From IMG/VR virus record IMGVR_UViG_2778261543_000002: a stretch of DNA of 4,063 nucleotides. One strand, 5' to 3'. The DNA is from a virus (Duplodnaviria > Heunggongvirae > Uroviricota > Caudoviricetes). Below, one piece after another: positions 1 to 3,959 of the stretch. The notes under the pieces are model-generated. The model saw nothing but the letters and a program-made list of their open reading frames with translations. It searched no databases and was not told the origin of the DNA. Within the stretch, counting starts at the first letter, position 1; each line of letters opens with the position of its first letter. The position numbers and the translations under genes are program-made.

Positions 1-223
1 ATTCTTCTTTGGTGTAATCGCTGGTTTTTACCCGCCCGTCGATTAAATCGTGGCATGAGCTACAGGCAATTGCCGCCTGCATATCGTGTGGTTTTGTCGC
101 TGTTCCACACGTCCCCGCCAGCCTGTAATGCGCCAGCACGGACGTTTCGGGATTGTGATTGCAGTAGCCAGGAATTCTGACTGTACACATCTGACCTTTT
201 GCCGCTTTACGTAAATCCACCAT
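1..223 (-). CDS. DUF1364-family (YbcO-like) cysteine-rich phage protein, N-terminal 74 codons; 3' end lies beyond the left edge
   Basis: Minus-strand ATG at 223..221 opens a frame that stays open to position 1: MVDLRKAAKGQMCTVRIPGYCNHNPETSVLAHYRLAGTCGTATKPHDMQAAIACSSCHDLIDGRVKTSDYTKEE. The Cys pattern and the VRIPG.C..NPETSVLAH / IACS.CHD motifs match my recollection of DLP12 YbcO-type nin-region proteins. The start overlaps the stop of the upstream gene (TAATG). Not in the ORF track because it is partial. Confidence 0.6.
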   Translation of the reverse strand, partial: MVDLRKAAKGQMCTVRIPGYCNHNPETSVLAHYRLAGTCGTATKPHDMQAAIACSSCHDLIDGRVKTSDYTKEE

Positions 224-822
224 TACGCAAACTCCAGCAGCTGCGCGGCCACATTTTCGACTTCCTCCGGAGAGGAGAATTTACGGAACAGGATCCAGTT
301 CCACAGCACATTCAGTACGGCTTTATAAACCTGCTGAAACTCGGTTTCGTCCATATTCGCAAAAGCGATGGATTTCGCCCGACGCCCGTGGCTACCGTCC
401 GGATAAATATGCTCGGTGTAAAATCCGGCCTGAATGGTTACCCACTCGCGGAAAGCGTCAAACGACTTTAGCAATGCCGTATCCCGGGTTCTGCGTGTTG
501 CAACTGTATTCAGATATTGCTCTGCGGCTTCGCTCAGAGCTGGCTTATGTTCCCGACCTACTGATTCGCACAGGTAATCAACGAAACCAGACAGCAGTTC
601 TCGCTCGCGAGGCGTGATCGCCCCACCGACCGGAGTCCAGTAATCGAATCCCAGTTGCAGGAGTTTGAAAAAACGCTTGTGGAATGCGTAGTTACGCACA
701 CGCTTAAAGTCTGCGTGTATCCACTCACCTATTTTGATTTGATGCAAAAAATCGCAACTCTCCGGCGTCGCCGGGAGAAGTAATCCGGAAGAGGTTTGTT
801 TGACCAGTTGTATATGCGCCAT
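223..822 (-). CDS. DUF1367-like lambdoid phage nin-region protein (199 aa)
   Basis: Track ORF 223..822. ATG at 822..820 is preceded by GGAG with a 7 nt spacer (minus strand ...cagcGGAGaactacgATG). The MAHIQLVKQTSSGLLLPATPE...FHKRFFKLLQLGFDYWTP N-terminus resembles DUF1367 proteins as I remember them. Stop TAA at 225..223 shares one base with the downstream ATG, suggesting translational coupling. Confidence 0.7.
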   Translation of the reverse strand: MAHIQLVKQTSSGLLLPATPESCDFLHQIKIGEWIHADFKRVRNYAFHKRFFKLLQLGFDYWTPVGGAITPRERELLSGFVDYLCESVGREHKPALSEAAEQYLNTVATRRTRDTALLKSFDAFREWVTIQAGFYTEHIYPDGSHGRRAKSIAFANMDETEFQQVYKAVLNVLWNWILFRKFSSPEEVENVAAQLLEFA

Positions 823-893
823 CGTAGTTCTCCGCTGGCGCAGTAGAATGGGTGTTCAGCCCGTTATGTAGTATAACAGAATTAATGCCAATA

Positions 894-1106
894 CTAACAG
901 GATGCTCTGACTCGCAATTCATCCAGCAGTTTATCATTTCCCATAATGTCACTTACCCTCATCGGTAAAAAAATTGCCTTTCGACCATTACGATACATCA
1001 TTGATTTTGGGGTTTCAGGGAAGTAATCCATTTCGACTATAACTGACAGGTCATCACGACGTATGACTGCGTATTTGCTACTAAATAGTTTCTTTATTTT
1101 TTCCAC
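894..1106 (-). CDS. small hypothetical phage protein, 70 aa from GTG 1106 (83 aa if GTG 1145 is used); positionally Rem-like
   Basis: Track ORF 894..1145 (83 aa). An internal GTG at 1106..1104 has a strong GGAGG 4 nt upstream (cctGGAGGcatcGTG); the GTG at 1145 has no Shine-Dalgarno. Sits between a hok gene and nin-type genes, as the 83 aa rem gene does next to hokD in E. coli K-12 Qin; I cannot recall the Rem sequence, so the link is positional only. Confidence 0.5.
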   Translation of the reverse strand: MEKIKKLFSSKYAVIRRDDLSVIVEMDYFPETPKSMMYRNGRKAIFLPMRVSDIMGNDKLLDELRVRASC

Positions 1107-1145
1107 GATGCCTCCAGGTTTATAAGTACAAAAGGTTATATCCAC

Positions 1146-1289
1146 ATAGAGACAAAAATATTAATCTGAAAAATATTTATTTCACGCCGTATATTTGATT
1201 GTTTAATGTGCAAGTACAATGACTTTTATTTTTTGTTGTGTATATAATCAAATATATGGTTATTTTTCACCATGCGTATTCAGCGCGCA
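1146..1289 (-). promoter_or_regulatory. AT-rich intergenic spacer, probable promoter region for the Rem-like / nin genes
   Basis: About 145 nt that is strongly AT-rich, with several TATA-like hexamers, lying between the hok terminator and the next minus-strand gene. No single convincing -35/-10 pair could be fixed. Confidence 0.3.
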
Positions 1290-1313
1290 ACAAAAAACCC
1301 GCCGAAGCGGGTT
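1290..1313 (-). terminator. rho-independent terminator of the hok transcript
   Basis: Minus-strand RNA aacccgc-UUCG-gcggguu (7 bp GC-rich stem, UUCG loop; plus 1296-1313) is followed directly by a U-run (plus A-run 1292-1297). On the plus strand the hairpin is not followed by Ts, so it is unidirectional. Confidence 0.6.
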
Positions 1314-1317
1314 AAGT

Positions 1318-1332
1318 GCGGGTGCATTGAGG
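1318..1332 (-). other. 3' fold-back (fbi-like) element of the hok mRNA
   Basis: Plus gcgggtgcattgagg (1318-1332) is the near-exact inverted complement of plus cctcaagcacccgc (1695-1708). In the minus-strand RNA the 5' GCGGGUGCUUGAGG can pair with the 3' CCUCAAUGCACCCGC (about 14 bp with one bulge). Confidence 0.5.
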
Positions 1333-1381
1333 ATGCCTGACACATCAGAGGTGGCGAGGGATTTCACCCCCGCCTGGTCTC

Positions 1382-1537
1382 TTACTCCTCAGGTTCGTAA
1401 GCTGTGAAGACAGCGACCTCCGTCTGGCCGGTTCGGATTCGTACCTCGCAGAGGTCTTTCCTCGTTACCAGTGCCGTCACTATGACGGTTAAACAGATGA
1501 CGATCAGAGCGATTAACATCGCCTTTTGCTGCTTCAT
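1382..1537 (-). CDS. hokD: Hok-family type I toxin, HokD/RelF-type (51 aa)
   Basis: ATG at 1537..1535 with AGGAG 9 nt upstream. Product MKQQKAMLIALIVICLTVIVTALVTRKDLCEVRIRTGQTEVAVFTAYEPEE: a single TM helix and a conserved Cys/charged tail, matching the E. coli HokD (RelF) sequence as I recall it. Stop TAA at 1384..1382. Confidence 0.88.
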   Translation of the reverse strand: MKQQKAMLIALIVICLTVIVTALVTRKDLCEVRIRTGQTEVAVFTAYEPEE

Positions 1538-1594
1538 AGCCTGCTTCTCCTTGCCTTTCGGCGCGTAAGAGGCTAACCTAGATTTGCCGTTCAT
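1382..1594 (-). CDS. mok-like upstream reading frame, in frame with hok (70 codons)
   Basis: ATG at 1594..1592 preceded by GAGG (8 nt spacer); no stop before the hok ATG, so the frame gives MNGKSRLASYAPKGKEKQA + Hok. Leader layout (GAGG-ATG ... gcaaggagaag...ATG) parallels the plasmid R1 mok/hok leader as I remember it. Whether it is translated is unknown. Confidence 0.4.
   Translation of the reverse strand: MNGKSRLASYAPKGKEKQAMKQQKAMLIALIVICLTVIVTALVTRKDLCEVRIRTGQTEVAVFTAYEPEE
1551..1579 (+). promoter_or_regulatory. sok-like antisense promoter (-35 TTGCCT, 17 nt spacer, -10 TAACCT)
   Basis: Plus-strand TTGCCT (1551-1556), 17 nt, TAACCT (1574-1579), lying inside the hok/mok leader and pointing against hok; same arrangement as the R1 sok promoter from memory. 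Hexamers are only moderate matches to sigma70 consensus. Confidence 0.4.
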
Positions 1595-1660
1595 AGATTG
1601 AGCCTCAGATTAATGTTAAGCGTCTTGCCGGACGCGTAATGTTAACTGGGGCTTTTCTCT
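1586..1660 (+). ncRNA. sok: Sok-like cis-antisense RNA (antitoxin of the hok locus)
   Basis: Predicted start about 7 nt after the -10. Transcript would be antisense to the mok start and SD (1592-1606), contains hairpin gcguc-uugccg-gacgc (1620-1635) and ends in a U-rich tract (1653-1660). Ends are approximate; inferred by analogy to R1 Sok. Confidence 0.4.
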
Positions 1661-1694
1661 GTCTGCCTTACAGTGGCATGCCTGAGGCAGACAG

Positions 1695-1708
1695 CCTCAA
1701 GCACCCGC
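1695..1708 (-). other. 5' end element of hok mRNA (pairs with the 3' fbi element; tac/ucb-like region follows)
   Basis: Minus RNA begins about GCGGGUGCUUGAGGCUGUCUGCCUCAGG. It is complementary to 1318-1332 and is followed by a local inverted repeat CUGUCUGCC...GGCAGACAG (plus 1661-1690), as in metastable hok mRNA 5' structures. Confidence 0.45.
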
Positions 1709-1712
1709 AGCA

Positions 1713-1741
1713 ATCTTACCGACACCGATAAGAAAACGCTA
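1713..1741 (-). promoter_or_regulatory. putative hok promoter (-10 TAAGAT; weak -35)
   Basis: Minus-strand TAAGAT (plus 1713-1718) lies about 6 nt upstream of the inferred mRNA 5' end; the -35 region is a poor match (TAGCGT/AGCGTT). Weak call. Confidence 0.25.
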
Positions 1742-1875
1742 TTTTTTATTGCCAGCACCTTCTATCCAGGCTAATTTATCTGCGTCAGAACGGCGCAATG
1801 CGCTCGCCTGAGATACGTTTACTTGCCATGGTAACAACAGGTAACGGCAATTGTTGTTTCTGTTTTGTTTCCTTC

Positions 1876-1906
1876 AAAAACCCCGGACCATCAATCCGGG
1901 GTTTTT
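1876..1906. terminator. bidirectional rho-independent terminator (terminates the upstream minus-strand operon)
   Basis: aaaaa-CCCCGGA-ccatcaa-TCCGGGG-ttttt: a 7 bp GC stem flanked by an A-run and a T-run, so either strand gives hairpin plus U-tract. Sits 86 nt downstream of the 273 aa gene stop. Confidence 0.6.
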
Positions 1907-1911
1907 GTTTG

Positions 1912-1962
1912 TTAACCCCAACGGCAAATCGAATACACCACCAGCGCCACCGCCATCACCAT
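1912..1962 (-). CDS. candidate micro-ORF, 16 aa hydrophobic peptide MVMAVALVVYSICRWG
   Basis: Minus-strand ATG at 1962 (second ATG at 1956 has AGGA 6 nt upstream), stop TAA at 1914..1912, between the 273 aa gene stop and the terminator. Very short and GGTG-rich, so it could be chance. Confidence 0.15.
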   Translation of the reverse strand: MVMAVALVVYSICRWG

Positions 1963-1991
1963 TCCTACCGTTGCGAATGCTTCAGGCCAGG

Positions 1992-2813
1992 TCATCGTAA
2001 AATATCCTCCACACCTACCAACCCGTTCTGCTTCAGATATTCCATCGCCTTATCAGGCAAGCTGCTTAAACTATTGGCGTACTTTAAGGAGTGAGCCAGA
2101 CGCTTAACCCACATTGTTAATTCGCTAACCTGGTTACCTGGCACTGGCGACGCTACTGTCTGTTCCAGAACGTCATCAGGTACTACCGGCTCTACTGCCA
2201 ACTGACTGGCATATTTGTTAATGGTAACGATAAGCTCTTGCTCGGCCTCATCCAGACAATCACCAACACCTCGCCTGTCACCGTCAAAATCATCGAAATC
2301 GGCACGAATCCTGGCAACCTTCAGGATTGCGGACAACACCTCACTAGGAATTGCCGGATAGTTGGTTGACGTTTCCGCGATTTCCCGAAAATTATTGGTT
2401 GACGAATTCTTGTTTTCCCGAAAGTTTCCGGACTGAAGCATGGCGGCGCGGCAGGCGTTCCATATTTCGGCAGCAATATCGCGCTCGCTATCGGTTAATT
2501 TGTACGTGGAAACATAGCCAGAGAGCATTTCTACGTTTTCCGGAGTTGCTTCTTCCGGCACTACCGGCGCTGGCGGGGCGATGCGTCCAAGCAACTTATT
2601 TACCTCTTTCGCCATCGCGTCATATTTATCTAAATGGCGATTAGCTTCTAAGCAGACTCGGCGCATCTGATCTGAGTTAACTCGTTTAACTGGATCTGCT
2701 TCCAGCGATGCCAGCGCAATCCGTGCCAGTTCCATTTGTTCACCACGGGTAAGCCCGTTTTCAAGCGGATTTTTAATGAACAATTCAATACGTTCTTTGG
2801 TAATAGTGGTCAT
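1992..2813 (-). CDS. hypothetical acidic phage protein (273 aa) with internal repeats
   Basis: Track ORF 1992..2813. ATG 2813..2811 preceded by AGGAG with a 6 nt spacer; that SD overlaps the TAA stop of the upstream 87 aa gene (TAAGGAG). Contains an 11 aa tandem repeat (FRENKNSSTNN / FREIAETSTNY) and two PVVP[ED][ED]-type segments. No family recognised. Confidence 0.8.
   Translation of the reverse strand: MTTITKERIELFIKNPLENGLTRGEQMELARIALASLEADPVKRVNSDQMRRVCLEANRHLDKYDAMAKEVNKLLGRIAPPAPVVPEEATPENVEMLSGYVSTYKLTDSERDIAAEIWNACRAAMLQSGNFRENKNSSTNNFREIAETSTNYPAIPSEVLSAILKVARIRADFDDFDGDRRGVGDCLDEAEQELIVTINKYASQLAVEPVVPDDVLEQTVASPVPGNQVSELTMWVKRLAHSLKYANSLSSLPDKAMEYLKQNGLVGVEDILR
2361..2427. repeat. 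imperfect ~33 bp tandem direct repeat inside the 273 aa CDS
   Basis: Unit 1 (2361-2394) gttggttgacg-tttccgcga-tttcccgaaa-atta; unit 2 (2395-2427) ttggttgacg-aattcttgt-tttcccgaaa-gttt. The 10 bp blocks TTGGTTGACG and TTTCCCGAAA are each repeated exactly; GTTTCCG also recurs at 2372-2378 and 2424-2430. Confidence 0.6.
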
Positions 2814-2823
2814 GTGTTACTCC

Positions 2824-3087
2824 TTAACCCGCAGTGCTTTCAACTGATGAGGGGAACAAAATCCTTTCATCAAATCCGGCATTCATATCATGGACAGCAA
2901 CACACCAATCCATCGACGAACGATTATCAAGAGCCTCCATGATTTCATCCATGCGGCGCAGGTCATACAGGTAAATGCTTTTATCGCCAATGGTGTAAAA
3001 GCCAATTTTTTTCGGTGATGGACAGCGATCAAGAATTTCCTGTAATTCGTTCAACCATGCCCGTTCTTTTTTTGTCAAAGTTGCCAT
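2824..3087 (-). CDS. hypothetical protein (87 aa)
   Basis: ATG at 3087..3085 with AAGGA 8 nt upstream (track ORF 2824..3165 extends further but lacks an SD at its first ATG). Product MATLTKKERAWLNELQEILDRCPSPKKIGFYTIGDKSIYLYDLRRMDEIMEALDNRSSMDWCVAVHDMNAGFDERILFPSSVESTAG. Packed tightly between the 72 aa and 273 aa genes. No family recognised. Confidence 0.7.
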   Translation of the reverse strand: MATLTKKERAWLNELQEILDRCPSPKKIGFYTIGDKSIYLYDLRRMDEIMEALDNRSSMDWCVAVHDMNAGFDERILFPSSVESTAG

Positions 3088-3088
3088 A

Positions 3089-3307
3089 TCAGTTTTCCTT
3101 ATACGGATTAATTTTATTGTGCAGTGTGTTGAATGACGCCCATACCACGTCGTTATACAATTCAATAACTAGCTCAATTATTTTTCCGATTATCCAGACT
3201 AGGATTAACGGGGATATCGGTATCATCAACACGATAAACAGAATAAGAAACAGAAATTCTGTTGTTCTACTCTTTCGCGGATATTTTTTTCTAAATAATG
3301 TGACCAT
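3089..3307 (-). CDS. putative small single-pass membrane protein (72 aa), AT-rich gene
   Basis: Track ORF 3089..3307. Basic N-terminus (MVTLFRKKYPRKSRTTE) followed by one hydrophobic helix (FLFLILFIVLMIPISPLILVWIIG), i.e. positive-inside topology. Stop TGA sits 1 nt before the next ATG. Caveats: the region is visibly AT-rich and no clear SD precedes the ATG, so a chance ORF in a promoter region is not excluded. Confidence 0.45.
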   Translation of the reverse strand: MVTLFRKKYPRKSRTTEFLFLILFIVLMIPISPLILVWIIGKIIELVIELYNDVVWASFNTLHNKINPYKEN

Positions 3308-3313
3308 TCATCA

Positions 3314-3329
3314 CCGCCCTTTCGGGCGG
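3314..3329 (-). other. GC-rich GNRA-tetraloop hairpin in the intergenic region between the 70 aa and 72 aa genes
   Basis: Minus RNA GGAGG-CCGCCC-GAAA-GGGCGG-ugaugaAUG: a 6 bp GC stem with GAAA loop, immediately 3' of a GGAGG and 7 nt upstream of the 72 aa gene ATG. Not followed by a U-run, so not a classical terminator. Confidence 0.4.
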
Positions 3330-3339
3330 CCTCCTGACA

Positions 3340-3552
3340 TTAATCGTTGTGATAACTCATAGCTTCATTTGCAGCATCAACTGGATCAACCTCCCTCCAG
3401 CAATAATTTGGGTCGGCTCCTTCAGGCGTCCACGGTTCTAATTCATTTTTTGCCGCATTCTCATCGCCAGTAATTTTAAAAATCTGCTCAGAGAATTTTC
3501 TTGCCCACTCGTTATATTTTTCCGCATTAATGGCTTTCTGTGTATTTAACAT
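3340..3552 (-). CDS. hypothetical protein (70 aa)
   Basis: Track ORF 3340..3552. ATG 3552..3550 preceded by GGAGG with a 7 nt spacer. Product MLNTQKAINAEKYNEWARKFSEQIFKITGDENAAKNELEPWTPEGADPNYCWREVDPVDAANEAMSYHND, acidic and soluble-looking. No family recognised. Confidence 0.7.
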   Translation of the reverse strand: MLNTQKAINAEKYNEWARKFSEQIFKITGDENAAKNELEPWTPEGADPNYCWREVDPVDAANEAMSYHND

Positions 3553-3602
3553 AAATATACCTCCAGTTAAGGATTAGATTTTATTTACAGCGCTAAATTT
3601 AT

Positions 3603-3959
3603 TTATTCAGTTCTGGATTTTGTCACCCTGCGTATCCGCGCTTTCGCGTTACGCTCAATCTGAATTAACTTTTCTATATTTTTTCGCCTTTCCCGCTCCT
3701 CCTGACGCAAGAGCCTTACATCATCTGCCAGTCTGGTTTCTCTTTTCGCCACAGAGAGCATCCAGTCAAATGGCTCCACAACTGCACCGCAGATTTTACA
3801 GCGGACCTGACGCTCTTTTTCGTCAACCCGGACAGAGGCGTGATGACAATATGGTCTTTCCGATGGCTCATAAAGAAAATTAACCTGATTACGAGGGTCA
3901 TCCTCTTTTACCGGAAATAAAACAATATTACTTAACTCATCTTCTGGTTTTATTTCCAT
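3603..3959 (-). CDS. hypothetical zinc-ribbon-like protein with basic helical C-terminus (118 aa; 132 aa if ATG 4001 is used)
   Basis: Track ORF 3603..4001. The internal ATG at 3959..3957 has a strong SD (AAGGAGAGGAGc-ATG). Product has C-H-H-x13-C-x2-C (YCHHASVRVDEKERQVRCKIC) and an Arg/Lys/Glu-rich tail (RLADDVRLLRQEERERRKNIEKLIQIERNAKARIRRV). The ATG at 4001 overlaps a TGA of another minus-strand frame entering from the right edge (ATGA), so the longer form is possible. Confidence 0.7.
   Translation of the reverse strand: MEIKPEDELSNIVLFPVKEDDPRNQVNFLYEPSERPYCHHASVRVDEKERQVRCKICGAVVEPFDWMLSVAKRETRLADDVRLLRQEERERRKNIEKLIQIERNAKARIRRVTKSRTE

Noticed and set aside
199-471. Plus-strand 90 aa ORF
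   Set aside because: Lies entirely antisense to the well-supported 199 aa minus-strand gene, with no SD and no recognisable product; typical shadow ORF.
725-952. Minus-strand 75 aa ORF
   Set aside because: Out of frame and overlapping both the 5' end of the 199 aa gene and the 3' end of the Rem-like gene; no SD; chance ORF.
1219-1407. Plus-strand 62 aa ORF
   Set aside because: Spans the hok terminator and 3' UTR on the opposite strand; explained by the hok transcript structure, not by coding.
1595-1800. relE/relB upstream of hokD, as expected from the K-12 relBEF operon
   Set aside because: The upstream sequence has no RelE- or RelB-like frame; it matches a hok mRNA leader (mok start, sok promoter, fold-back elements) instead.
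1938-1945. Chi site (GCTGGTGG on minus strand) as a special recombination feature
   Set aside because: A single Chi octamer is expected by frequency in E. coli-type DNA; no cluster or orientation bias can be assessed in 4 kb.
1798-2094. Plus-strand 98 aa ORF
   Set aside because: Runs through the bidirectional terminator hairpin and antisense into the 273 aa gene; low-complexity product; no SD.
2361-2430. Phage replication origin (ori iterons inside an O-like gene)
   Set aside because: Not accepted as a feature: only two to three repeat copies, no adjacent AT-rich unwinding element, and the host protein is acidic with no recognisable initiator domain. Kept as a finding to be checked.
2351-2644. 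Plus-strand 97 aa ORF
   Set aside because: Antisense to the 273 aa gene, Arg-rich shadow-frame product.
2736-2942. Plus-strand 68 aa ORF
   Set aside because: Antisense across the 87 aa / 273 aa gene junction; no translation signals.
3015-3362. Plus-strand 115 aa ORF
   Set aside because: Antisense to the 72 aa and 87 aa minus-strand genes; all convincing genes in the window are on the minus strand.
3620-3883. Plus-strand 87 aa ORF and minus-strand 61 aa ORF (3716..3901)
   Set aside because: Both lie inside the 118 aa minus-strand gene in other frames or on the other strand; no independent support.
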